Source of the DNA: Longimicrobiales bacterium
Lineage (GTDB): Bacteria > Gemmatimonadota > Gemmatimonadetes > Longimicrobiales > Gaopeijiaceae
Direction: 5' to 3'
Assembly (NCBI GenBank): GCA_965198065.1
Contig: CBDAON010000004.1
Coordinates: 2,080,001-2,144,000, forward strand
Length of the DNA stretch: 64,000 nt
The notes under the pieces were generated by a model that did not search any database, was not told the origin of the DNA, and saw nothing but the letters and a program-made list of their open reading frames with translations. Of this stretch, positions 9,417-18,602 are shown one piece after another (position 1 is the first letter of the stretch; each line of letters begins with the position of its first letter). The position numbers were made by a program, and so were the translations under genes.

Positions 9417-9521
9417 CCCTTTCTGGCGTTGGTGGGCGTCGGTCAGCGCTGGAATCGTTGAATCGAGCGTTGGTGAGCGCTGGCCAGCGTCGGTGGGCGT
9501 TGGCGCAGTTTTTGGCACAGT
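9417..9521 (+). repeat. conserved att arm following the tRNA half, copy 1
   Basis: Highly similar to 13658-13762; internal GCGTYGGT repeats and tandem TGGCGCAGT/TGGCACAGT. Confidence 0.85.
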
Positions 9522-9865
9522 CTTCTCAGCGCGAGTCCGCCAGGAATCATCGGACGAACTGACGCTGAGCGTTCGGGGTGCATGGCCGATTGCTCCACTC
9601 CTCTGAGAGCACCAGAGGAGCCCTGAGAGTTGCTGCGGCTCGGCGCCGAGCCGTCTCCCGCGTGTTTCCCTCGCCGCTGAAATCCCACAACCCAGGCGCC
9701 TTCTCGGAGCGCCTACCCATTGAGTGTCCGTAGGGGTTGGGTGCGCCGCTTGGTCAAGAATGAAGTGGTCGGATGGGGAGACCCGCCAACTCCTGAAGCA
9801 CCGAGCGGATGCGCGAACTGAATCAGAATGGCGGAGACCCCTGGCACCTGTGGCGATTCGGAGCA

Positions 9866-9883
9866 GTAATGATTATCTGTTAC
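9866..9883 (+). promoter_or_regulatory. possible Fur/Zur-family operator
   Basis: GTAATGATTATCTGTTAC, an AT-rich imperfect palindrome sharing TAATGATWATC with the Fur box, ~70 bp upstream of a metal-uptake operon. Confidence 0.4.
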
Positions 9884-9951
9884 CATCCCGCTGGAGCTGC
9901 CGTGGGCGTCGGACGGTCTCAAGTGAGGAGCGAAGGGAGGATCATCCGGCC

Positions 9952-11208
9952 ATGCACCGAAGGCTGCTCTCGCACGTGTGTCTGGCGGCGGTCTGCGCCG
10001 CCTCCGCCGGGCGTGCCCCATCGGTTCAGGCGCAGTCTGCCTTCCGGACGGAGACGACGGTGGAGACCGTACCGGCGCCCCGGCAAGCGCCGCAGCAGCA
10101 GGGCTTCATGAACGTCGGGTTCGTCGGGATGGTGGATTTCGGGTGGTCCACGGAGCCGGACGTGGCCTCGCTCCAGCTTGGCGCGCACGACCCCAAGGTC
10201 CGGGGCTTCACCATTCCCAACGCCGAGCTGACGCTGAATGGGGCGGTGGACCCCTTCTTTCAGGGATTCTCGGCCTTCGTGTACCAGGTGGACGAGGAAG
10301 GGGAGACCGGCGTCGAGCTCGAGGAGATGTACTTCCTGACGATGTCATTACCGTGGAACCTCCAGCTCAAGGGCGGCCAGTTTTTTGCCGAATTCGGCCG
10401 GCAGAACCCGCAGCACCCCCACTCGTGGGCGTTCGTGGACCAGCCCCTGGTGCTCACTCGTCTGCTTGGCCCGGACGGGCTTCGAAGTCAGGGAGCGAGG
10501 CTCTCCTGGCTCCTGCCCACAGCCTGGTACGTCGACACGATGCTGTCGGTTCTGAACAGCGCCGGGGAAGCCGCGTTCAGCTTTCGCTCCGATGAGTCGT
10601 CCGAGATCCACGGGGGCGTGGTCGCGGGGCGCGACGTGCAGGGGGTAGGAGAACTCCTCCTCCTCCCTCGGATCGCGACGTCCGTCGACCTGACGGATAC
10701 TCAGACCGTGCTGGCGGGCGCCTCCGGCGCATTCGGTCCGAACAACTCGGGTCTGGGAGCCCGGACACGGGTCTTCGGCGTGGACGTCTTCTGGAGGTGG
10801 CGCTCCGCGTTCGCTTTCCAGGGGTTTCCCTTCGTGTCGTTCCAGGCCGAGGCGCTCGGCCGCCAGTACGAGGCCGTGGAGCGCGAATCGCCGGAGGATC
10901 CCGATGTGGCGTTGCCTTCGGAGACCCTGAGAGATTGGGGCACGTACGCGGAGATCCTCTGGGGGATCCGGCCGCGTTGGGTCGCGGGCGTGCGGGGAGA
11001 CCTGGTGAGCGGTGAGGACGCCGCGTTCGAGTCCGATCTCCGCAAGGATCGGTACCGGCTTTCGCCGAGCGTCACCTGGTATCCTAGCGAGTTCTCGAAG
11101 GTTCGCCTGCAGTACAACCTGGATGACCGGGAGGGGCTTGGTACGGATCATTCCGTGTGGATGCAGGCGGAGTTCATTCTGGGGGCCCACGCGGCCCATC
11201 AGTTCTAG
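9952..11208 (+). CDS. outer-membrane beta-barrel protein of Zn/Mn-uptake operon
   Basis: GGGAGG RBS, signal peptide, GAVDPFF, FGRQNPQHPHSW, C-terminal GAHAAHQF; directly upstream of a metal-binding SBP. Confidence 0.75.
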   Translation: MHRRLLSHVCLAAVCAASAGRAPSVQAQSAFRTETTVETVPAPRQAPQQQGFMNVGFVGMVDFGWSTEPDVASLQLGAHDPKVRGFTIPNAELTLNGAVDPFFQGFSAFVYQVDEEGETGVELEEMYFLTMSLPWNLQLKGGQFFAEFGRQNPQHPHSWAFVDQPLVLTRLLGPDGLRSQGARLSWLLPTAWYVDTMLSVLNSAGEAAFSFRSDESSEIHGGVVAGRDVQGVGELLLLPRIATSVDLTDTQTVLAGASGAFGPNNSGLGARTRVFGVDVFWRWRSAFAFQGFPFVSFQAEALGRQYEAVERESPEDPDVALPSETLRDWGTYAEILWGIRPRWVAGVRGDLVSGEDAAFESDLRKDRYRLSPSVTWYPSEFSKVRLQYNLDDREGLGTDHSVWMQAEFILGAHAAHQF

Positions 11209-11224
11209 CCCGAAGGAGATGGCC

Positions 11225-12148
11225 ATGAACGGAGTCGCTCGGATCCTCGGCGTCGTGGGCTGGCTAACGGCGTACGGGATGGGTGCGCCCCTCGCGGGCC
11301 AGCTGAGGGTCATCGCGACCACGCCGGATCTCGCGGCGCTCGCCCGGGAGATCGGTGGGAATCGAGTCGACGTGCAGGCTCTGGCGAAGCCCACCGAGGA
11401 TCCACACTTCGTGGACGCGAGGCCCAGCTACATCGTGACCCTCAACCGGGCCGACGTCCTCGTCGAGGGGGGCGCGGACCTCGAGATCGGCTGGCTGCCC
11501 CCGCTTCTCCAGAGTGCTAGAAACGCCAAGCTAACGGCCGGAGCCCCCGGGCGCATTCCCGCTTCCTCTGTGGTCACCATGCTCGAGGTGCCCGCCACGC
11601 TGGACCGCTCGCGCGGGGACGTCCATGCCCTCGGAAACCCCCACTTCATGCTCGACCCGGTGAACGTGCGCCTGATCGGAGCCCTGATAGCAGACCGTTT
11701 AGCGCAGGTGGACCCTCCCTCGGCATCGGTGTACCGGAACAACCTTCAGGACTTCAACGCACGGCTCGACACGAAGCTGGCGGAATGGCAACGCCGGCTC
11801 GCTCCACTTGCGGGCGCGGAGATCGTCACGTACCACCGGGATTTCGTCTATCTGGCAGATCGGTTCAACCTGAACGTCGTGGCCACTCTGGAGGAGAGGC
11901 CCGGGATCGCGCCCTCGCCCGCGCATCTTGCCGACGTGATCGCCACGATGCGGTCCGGAGGCGTACGCGCGATCCTCGTGCAGCCGTTCCAGAACCGTAG
12001 GACCGCCGAGACCGTAGCCCGGCAAACGGGTGCGGTGGTCCTGGACATGCCGCAGCAGCCGGGGGTATTGCGCGGAACGGACGGCTACTTCGATCTGATG
12101 GATTACCTCGTCGGCGCGCTCGCGGGCGGGCTGAGTGAGGGTGGGTGA
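11225..12148 (+). CDS. metal ABC transporter substrate-binding protein (ZnuA/TroA family)
   Basis: AAGGAG RBS; EDPHFV, GNPHFMLDP, TYHRDF, PGIAPSPAHL motifs. Confidence 0.9.
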   Translation: MNGVARILGVVGWLTAYGMGAPLAGQLRVIATTPDLAALAREIGGNRVDVQALAKPTEDPHFVDARPSYIVTLNRADVLVEGGADLEIGWLPPLLQSARNAKLTAGAPGRIPASSVVTMLEVPATLDRSRGDVHALGNPHFMLDPVNVRLIGALIADRLAQVDPPSASVYRNNLQDFNARLDTKLAEWQRRLAPLAGAEIVTYHRDFVYLADRFNLNVVATLEERPGIAPSPAHLADVIATMRSGGVRAILVQPFQNRRTAETVARQTGAVVLDMPQQPGVLRGTDGYFDLMDYLVGALAGGLSEGG

Positions 12149-12978
12149 GCTTGGACCTCGAGATTGCATGGGCCGTTATGAAATGGCCGCTTGTGGCCCT
12201 CCTCGTGCTTCCCCCCCTGCTTGTCTATCTCGGCCTGCACGTGGTTCTACGCGAGGTGATCTTCGTGGACCTCGCGCTGGCGCAGGTCGCGGCCCTGGGC
12301 ACAAGCCTCGCGCTGCTCATCGGATACGACTTCCGCGACAGCCCCACGTTTTGGATCTCCCTGGGTGTTGCGTTCCTGGGGGCCGCCCTCTTCAGCTGGA
12401 CCCGGGGCCGGGAGAAGGGACCGGTTCCCCAGGAGGCAATCATCGGGATCACGTTCGTCGTCGCGGCCGCGGGCGTGATTCTCCTTCTCAGCAGGGTGGC
12501 GGGTGGGCGGGAAGAGCTCGAGCACCTGCTCACGGGCGACATCCTGAACGTGACGACCGGGGAGGTGGGGCAGCGGGCCCTCCTGTTTGCAGTACTGGGA
12601 GGATTCTACACGGCCTTCCATGAGCGCTTCGCCCTCATCTCCACCAATCCGGAGGAAGCCTTTGCCCGAGGAACGCGTGTTCGCCTGTGGGACTTCCTCT
12701 TCTACGCGGCCTTCTCCCTCGTGGTCGTGAGCTTCGTTCGGGTGGCTGGGGTCCTGGTCACCTTCGCCTATCTCATCGTACCAGCGGTCTGCGCGGTCAC
12801 TCTCGTCGGCGGATGGCTCAGGCGGCTCGCCGTGGGCTCGGGCATCGCGGTCGCGGCGAGCGTCCTGGGCCTGGGCGCGTCCTACTGGTGGGACCTGCCC
12901 ACCGGTGCTGCGGTCGTATGCACTTCGGGGGTGGTGCTCGTCCTGGTCATGACTTCTTCGACCCTACGGGGGTCCTGA
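12145..12978 (+). CDS. metal ABC transporter permease (ZnuB family)
   Basis: Multi-TM; LGLHVVLREVIFVDLALAQ, GVLVTFAYLIVPA, DLPTGAAVV; GTGA overlap. Confidence 0.88.
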   Translation: MSLDLEIAWAVMKWPLVALLVLPPLLVYLGLHVVLREVIFVDLALAQVAALGTSLALLIGYDFRDSPTFWISLGVAFLGAALFSWTRGREKGPVPQEAIIGITFVVAAAGVILLLSRVAGGREELEHLLTGDILNVTTGEVGQRALLFAVLGGFYTAFHERFALISTNPEEAFARGTRVRLWDFLFYAAFSLVVVSFVRVAGVLVTFAYLIVPAVCAVTLVGGWLRRLAVGSGIAVAASVLGLGASYWWDLPTGAAVVCTSGVVLVLVMTSSTLRGS

Positions 12979-13096
12979 ACGAAGGACGCGCTCTAACTCG
13001 CCGCTCCGACGGCCTCCCGAACCTCTCCGGCCGGCTCCGTCGCCGGATAGCGAAGCGGTGTCAGGGTCTGATTGAGACCATCCTTGGAGATGTCCT

Positions 13097-13497
13097 ATGG
13101 TAGGGAAAGACCCAGTGCGTGGTAGTTTTGATCGGTGCGAGGCCGCGGGGAACTTCGCAGAGCAGTTCTATGCTGTCTTTCTCAACTCATCACCCGAGAT
13201 CGGACCGCTGTTTGCGATGACGGATTTCGAGAACCAGCGAAAGCTGCTCCGAGCGACTGTGTACATCATGGTCACGCGGAGCGTAGACGACGTTCAAGCG
13301 CGAGAGACGCTGGAGAGGATCGGCTATTCGCATGGACGCACGCAACTTGAGCATTAGACCGGAGTTGTACGAAGTCTGGCTAGACAGCGTGTGCCAGACC
13401 GTGAAGCAAATGGATCCGGACTGGACAATCGGAAGTCGAACGTGAGTGGCGTGATCGGTTACGACCGGGTATTGATTTGATTACGTCCTTCTACTGA
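13097..13497 (+). pseudogene. single-domain globin with two frameshifts
   Basis: SFDRC...FYAVFLNSSPEIGPLFAMTDFENQRKLL...SHGR; continues in shifted frames as SIRPELYEVWLDSV...DPDWT and EVEREWRDRLRPGIDLITSFY*. Confidence 0.8.
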
Positions 13498-13618
13498 CAA
13501 AGCATCTTCAGGCAGTTATCGCGTCAGCAATCGCTTGTTAGCACGCGCCTTGCTCGCGTGGGTGAGCACGTGCCCGAACCGCGCAAAGGACGTAACATAC
13601 TAAGCAGTAAGGACTTAC

Positions 13619-13657
13619 GGGGCCATAGCTAGTTGGGAGAGCGCCTGCTTTGCAAGC
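13619..13657 (+). repeat. tRNA-Ala(TGC) 5' half, att core copy 2 (1-bp deletion)
   Basis: GGGGCCATAGCT-AGTTGGGAGAGCGCCTGCTTTGCAAGC. Confidence 0.93.
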
Positions 13658-13762
13658 CCCTTTCTGGCGTTGGTGGGCGTCCGTAGGCGCTGGAATCGTT
13701 GAATCGAGCGTTGGTCAGAGTGTGCCAGCGTCGGTGGGCGCTGGCGCAGTTTTTGGCACAGT
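13658..13762 (+). repeat. conserved att arm following the tRNA half, copy 2
   Basis: Highly similar to 9417-9521. Confidence 0.85.
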
Positions 13763-13865
13763 TTTCAGTACCTTGACCTACAGGGGTGATGCAAGCGGAT
13801 CGGAGAGCAACTCCGATGGCACTGAAGCCCTGTTCGTGACGGAGAAGACGGGGATCGGGTAAAGC

Positions 13866-15040
13866 GTGAGCGCCAAGAGTCGCCTCCGTAAGATCCTGCG
13901 GTCGATCGCGGTAGCGGGCGCAGTCTTTGGCGTCGTTATGGGCCTCTACGCCAGCACATTCGTCCTGTCGTACGGCGCGTTGTTCGCCGATGCCGATCCT
14001 CTCCTAGTGACGGATGTTGGTCGGGTTACCCCGGCACTCGTTGAAGCGATATACGAGGTTCAAGACGTCGATGAGATTGGGGCTGCCCTCGCCGACGCGA
14101 GAGAGCGGGGCCTCAAAGTGTCAATCGCGGGGAGTCGACACAGCCAGGGGGGGCAAACGTACGCGGAGGGCGGGGTCGTTCTGTCCATGCGTGGGTTCAA
14201 TCGCATCCTCGCGGTTGACCCGGTGGGCCAGACCATAACTGTAGAGAGTGGAGCTACGTGGGACGAAGTCCAGCGAGCGCAAGGCATCGCCATGATGATT
14301 GCTCGCCCATCGATCGATCCAGATCCCGACGAATTCTTGAGGGAGATGGTGGTCGTGACGTGGCGTCGCGACGCCCCCGGCATCGATGGGGAGTTTGAAT
14401 TGACCGAAGAAGAGCGAGTTCTGCGCGACCGATTCTTCTTCGGCCTTTCGCGGAGATTCGATTGGGCGAAGTCTCTGCGATGGAACCTGCAGAAGCGGTG
14501 GAGCCCACCCTCTCGGAGATTCAGCTGATCTCACGGAACAATGCGATGCGCCCGCCGCTCGCTCCCGTGGCATTCCTCGACTACGAGTCGCCGTCGGACA
14601 CCGACATCCTGCAAGAGTACTTCGTTCCCGTGGACAGCTTCGTCGCGTTCATGGATCGGTCTCGAAGCATCTTCGAGGAGGGAGACGTCAATCTGTTGAG
14701 CGCGACCGTGAGATTCGTGACGCCCGACTCTACCGCGATGCTGGCTTATGCTCCCCGCGAAGAAATGTTTGCCGTTGCCCACCTGACGAATGTTGGACTG
14801 AGCCCCTCGGATCAAGCGAGGACCGAACGAGTCACGCAGGATCTCGTCACGAGTCCCCTCGATTTTTTGGGCACGTATTACCTGACGTATCAACTTTACC
14901 CTACAGTGACGCAGCTTCGGCGAGCATACCCGACGGCGGATAGTGCCTTCTCGCGAAAGAGATTCTATGATCCGACGGAGCTATTCAGTTCTATGAACGA
15001 TACGCGGGTTCGTAGGGATCGGCCTGAGACCCGCGAATAA
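13866..15040 (+). pseudogene. FAD-binding oxidoreductase (PCMH type), internally deleted and frameshifted
   Basis: SIAGSRHSQGGQ, ITVESGATWDEVQ then an abrupt jump at ~14280; frameshift at ~14497; TDILQEYFVP and GTYYLTYQLY in the second frame. Confidence 0.8.
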
Positions 15041-15076
15041 GCGTGTGGTTACCTCCTCCCCCGTAAGAGAAAAGAG

Positions 15077-16744
15077 ATGGCCTACGACACCGACGACGTC
15101 GCTCTTCACGCGGCCTACTACTGGGAGAAGACCACGCCGGACCGGATCTGGCTGACGCAGCCTGCCCCCGGCGGACGTATCGAGGAGTACACCTGGAGGT
15201 CGGCGATGGACGAGGCGCGGCGCATGGCGGCGCATCTCCTTTCCGTCGATCTCTCTCCCGGGAGCCACGTGGCGCTCTTCTCCAAGAACTCCGCGTGGTG
15301 GGTCATGGCCGACCTCGCGATCTGGATGGCCGGCCACGTCTCCGTCCCGGTCTACCCAACGCTGACGCCGCAAACGATTCGCCAGATCCTCGAGCACTCG
15401 GAGGCCCGGCTCGTCTTCATCGGCAAGCTCGACGATTTCGCCTCGATGGAGCCCGGCATCCCGGCCGACCTGCCGCGCATCCTGACGCCCTGCGCGCCGG
15501 AGACGCACGGCGATCGCTGGGAGGACGTCGTCGCGCGGACCGAGCCGCTGCTGGAGGACGTCAGGCGAGGCGAGGACGAGCTCGGAACGATCATCTACAC
15601 CTCGGGAACCACGGGCATCCCGAAGGGCGTGATGCACTCCTTCGGGAGCATGGGCGTCGGGGCGCGCGGCGCCATCGCAAGCGTGAGCGTGAAGTCCGAC
15701 GACCGGATGCTCTCCTACCTACCGCTCGCACACGCGTTCGAGCGCTGGCACGTCGAGACGGTCTCGCTCTTGGCAGGATTCCAGATCTTCTTCGCCGACA
15801 GCCCGGACAGCTTCGTGCAAGACCTCCGGCGCGCTCGCCCCACCCTCTTTATCTCGGTGCCGCGGCTCTGGCAGAAGTTCCAGGCGGGCGTCTTCAAGAA
15901 GACGAAGCCGGACCGGCTCGCCCGCCTGCTCAAGGTCCCGATTGTCGGACGCATCGTCCGCAGGAAGGTGCTCGAGGGTCTCGGTCTGGACGCCGTACGC
16001 GTTGCCGGATCCGGATCGGCGCCGATTCCCGGTGAGCTGATCGAGTGGTACCGCGACCTGGGCCTAGAGCTGATCGAGGGCTACGGCATGACCGAGAACT
16101 TCTGCTACTCTCACCAAAGCCGTCAGGACGAGGTGCGACCGGGATACGTCGGGCGCGCGTACGAGGACGTCGAGTGCAGGATCAGCGACGAAGGCGAGGT
16201 CCTGGTCAAGAGCCCGGCCAGCATGCTGGGCTACTACAAAATGCCGGAGGAGAGCGTGGCGTCGTTCACGGAAGACGGGTTCCTCAAGACCGGCGACCGC
16301 GGCGAGATCGACGAGCGAGGACGGCTTCGGATCACCGGGCGCGTCAAGGAGCTCTTCAAGACGAGCAAGGGCAAGTACGTCGCGCCAGCACCCATCGAGA
16401 GCAAGCTGCTCGTCCACGAGGCGATCGAGATGGTCTGCGTCGCCGGTAACGGCCAGCCCCAACCACATGCCATCGTCATGCTCTCGGACGAGGCTCGGAG
16501 CCGCGCCGAAGGATCTGGCCGGGAGGAGGTCGAGCGCGCGCTGACGGAGCACCTGCAGAGAGTCAATCCGGAGCTCGATCACCACGAGAAGCTCAGCTTT
16601 CTCTCGATCGTGCCGGACGTGTGGGCCGTGGAGAACGGCTTCCTGACGCCGACGCTGAAGCTGAAGCGTGTGGTCATCGACGACACCTACGGTCCGTCGA
16701 TCGCGAGCTGGTACGCGCGGAAGACCAGAATTCTCTGGATCTGA
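15077..16744 (+). CDS. long-chain fatty acid-CoA ligase (AMP-binding)
   Basis: IIYTSGTTGIPKG, EGYGMTE, LKTGDRG, ITGRVKELFKTSKGKYVAP, LTPTLKLKR. Confidence 0.92.
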   Translation: MAYDTDDVALHAAYYWEKTTPDRIWLTQPAPGGRIEEYTWRSAMDEARRMAAHLLSVDLSPGSHVALFSKNSAWWVMADLAIWMAGHVSVPVYPTLTPQTIRQILEHSEARLVFIGKLDDFASMEPGIPADLPRILTPCAPETHGDRWEDVVARTEPLLEDVRRGEDELGTIIYTSGTTGIPKGVMHSFGSMGVGARGAIASVSVKSDDRMLSYLPLAHAFERWHVETVSLLAGFQIFFADSPDSFVQDLRRARPTLFISVPRLWQKFQAGVFKKTKPDRLARLLKVPIVGRIVRRKVLEGLGLDAVRVAGSGSAPIPGELIEWYRDLGLELIEGYGMTENFCYSHQSRQDEVRPGYVGRAYEDVECRISDEGEVLVKSPASMLGYYKMPEESVASFTEDGFLKTGDRGEIDERGRLRITGRVKELFKTSKGKYVAPAPIESKLLVHEAIEMVCVAGNGQPQPHAIVMLSDEARSRAEGSGREEVERALTEHLQRVNPELDHHEKLSFLSIVPDVWAVENGFLTPTLKLKRVVIDDTYGPSIASWYARKTRILWI

Positions 16745-16835
16745 CGCGAGCGTCACGGAAGCTTTCTTACGATTCGCGCAACGCCGACTGACTCCCGAGC
16801 CCACCGTTCCACTCCTGCACCTGGGGCTAGCTCGC

Positions 16836-18341
16836 ATGAACCCACAGGCTGAAGTCGGTCCTGCACCAACTGCGTACCAGAGGCTCCGGCGGGGGCTGGC
16901 TTTTCTCATGTGGCTTTTCTTTCGTCGAGTGGAGGTGGTGGGTCTGGAGGACCTCCCCAACGACCGGGGCGGCATCTTGGTCGCTTGGCACCCCAACGCG
17001 CTCATCGACCCAGCGCTGATTCTCAGCGCCTTCCCCGGGCAGGTCGTGTTCGGGGCTCGGCACGGCCTCTTTCAGTTACCTTTGATCGGCCACCTCATGC
17101 GAGCCATCGGCACCGTCCCGATTTACCGTCGTCAGGATACCTCCGAAGGGGACACGGAGGTCGCCAGGAGGAAGAACTCTGACAGTCTCGCGGCGCTGGC
17201 CGACCGAATCGCCGCCGGATCGTTCTCTGCGCTCTTCCCCGAGGGCATCTCTCACGACGCCCCCTTTCTGCAGGATATCAAGACCGGGGCCGCCCGTTTG
17301 TATTACCAGGCCCGCATGCGCACCGAGGGCCATCGACCACCGCCGGCACTGATACCCGTCGGACTCCACTACGCGAAAAAGCACCTGTTCCGGTCCAAGG
17401 CTCTGGTGGTGTTCCATCCGCCGCTCACGCTCCTGGCGGAGCTCGATGTCACCCCGCCGGACGAAGAGGATCCCGAGAAACTTCGGGAGTTGGCGCGCAA
17501 GCTGACTCGGGAAGTCGAGCGCTCTCTCAAGGCCGCAGTCCTCGAGACCGAAAGCTGGGAGCTTCACAGCCTCCACCACCGCACCGCGAAGCTCATCCGC
17601 GCGGAGCGTGCCCACCGCGCCGAGGCGAACCCTGGTGCGATCACGATGGATGAGGAGGTGTTGGGATTCGCGCGCGTGTGGACGGCCCGTCAGCATCTTA
17701 TCGGCTCGCATCCCGAGCGGGATGAGCAGTTGACGAAGCGAGTCAAGAGATACGACAGGATGCTGAGAGCACTCGCCATCGAGGACCACGAGATCGACTA
17801 CCCCCCGCCCGTGATCGGCGGCTGGCTCTTGGCTGGTCTCATGCTTAAGGCGGTCTCCGTGGTCGTACTGCTGCCGCCCTTCCTGCTGTTCGGGGCGCTC
17901 GTGAACCTCCCACCCGCGTTGCTGGTCATCGCGGGGGCGCGGCGGGCGGCAAAGGAGCCCAAGGACATCGCGTCGCTGAAGCTGCTCGGCGGCGTGGTTG
18001 CGTATCCGCTGGCGTGGGCCATCTGGGCGTTGCTCGCGGGATGGGGGATCGTCCAGGCGCAGACGATCGCCCCCTGGGTGCCAGCCCAACCGATTCTCGG
18101 CGGCGCCGTCATGCTGGCGCTCTGTGTGGCCAGCGCGGTCGTGATGCTCCTGTACTGGGAGTTGGCCGTCGGAACCTTGCGCGCCTTGCGCGTGCGCCTG
18201 ACCAGGGGGCGGCACGGTCGGGCGTTGACTCGCCTGCGAGCGGAGCGGTCACGCCTCTGTGACGAGATCTTGGCTTTCGCGGAAGGAGTCGAGTTGCCGG
18301 GGCAGGTTCTGCCTAGCGGACGGCTGTCCCGCAACCGCTGA
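16836..18341 (+). CDS. glycerol-3-phosphate/lysophospholipid acyltransferase (PlsC-like) with C-terminal TM region
   Basis: HPNALID (HX4D), LFPEGISH, IPVGLHY motifs. Confidence 0.85.
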   Translation: MNPQAEVGPAPTAYQRLRRGLAFLMWLFFRRVEVVGLEDLPNDRGGILVAWHPNALIDPALILSAFPGQVVFGARHGLFQLPLIGHLMRAIGTVPIYRRQDTSEGDTEVARRKNSDSLAALADRIAAGSFSALFPEGISHDAPFLQDIKTGAARLYYQARMRTEGHRPPPALIPVGLHYAKKHLFRSKALVVFHPPLTLLAELDVTPPDEEDPEKLRELARKLTREVERSLKAAVLETESWELHSLHHRTAKLIRAERAHRAEANPGAITMDEEVLGFARVWTARQHLIGSHPERDEQLTKRVKRYDRMLRALAIEDHEIDYPPPVIGGWLLAGLMLKAVSVVVLLPPFLLFGALVNLPPALLVIAGARRAAKEPKDIASLKLLGGVVAYPLAWAIWALLAGWGIVQAQTIAPWVPAQPILGGAVMLALCVASAVVMLLYWELAVGTLRALRVRLTRGRHGRALTRLRAERSRLCDEILAFAEGVELPGQVLPSGRLSRNR

Positions 18342-18472
18342 GCCAAACGCGTGCGGCGCTCGGTTCGAACCCTCCGATCGACCCACGGCCCGCGCCCGTG
18401 TGGTTTTTGGCACAGTTGGAGTATGGGCCCGATGACGCAAAGGACGGAAAGCACCAACTAGAAGGGACTTAG

Positions 18473-18545
18473 GGGGCCATAGCTCAGTTGGGAGAGCGCC
18501 TGCTTTGCAAGCAGGAGGTCACGGGTTCGAATCCCGTTGGCTCCA
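18473..18545 (+). tRNA. tRNA-Ala(TGC), intact, CCA not encoded
   Basis: 73-nt cloverleaf; anticodon loop TTTGCAA; GGTTCGAATCC T-arm; G3:U70 pair in acceptor stem. Confidence 0.97.
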
Positions 18546-18572
18546 TTGAAGTTACGGGATATGCTTAGTCGG

Positions 18573-18595
18573 ATTCCCGCTATTTATTCCCGCTA
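18573..18595 (+). repeat. direct repeat ATTCCCGCTA x2 (possible integrase arm sites)
   Basis: 18573-18582 and 18586-18595, between the tRNA and the integrase stop codon. Confidence 0.5.
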
Positions 18596-18602
18596 ATTGG
18601 GC

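Larger units (their letters stand above)
9377..13657. mobile_element. integrase-less cassette A at tRNA-Ala (metal uptake plus globin)
   Basis: Bounded by direct repeats of the tRNA 5' half; starts with the conserved arm; no recombinase gene inside. Confidence 0.75.
13619..18512. mobile_element. integrase-less cassette B at tRNA-Ala (lipid metabolism cargo)
   Basis: Bounded by tRNA 5'-half repeats; same arm as cassette A; no recombinase gene inside. Confidence 0.75.

Noticed and set aside
9596..9662. Hairpins (CTCCTCTG/CAGAGGAG; CGGCTCGGCGCCGAGCCG) and a minus-strand GGGAGAC...CTCTCAGG reminiscent of a glycine riboswitch
   Set aside because: The CCGAAG core is missing, there is no downstream gene on that strand, and such hairpins are common at this GC content
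12985..13060. GCTCTAAC motif suggesting an integron attC site between the permease and globin
   Set aside because: No matching GTTRRRY partner forming an attC hairpin, and the nearby integrase shows no IntI features
9377..18545. CRISPR-like interpretation of the three 40-bp repeats
   Set aside because: Repeats are kilobases apart, are tRNA sequence, and no cas genes are present
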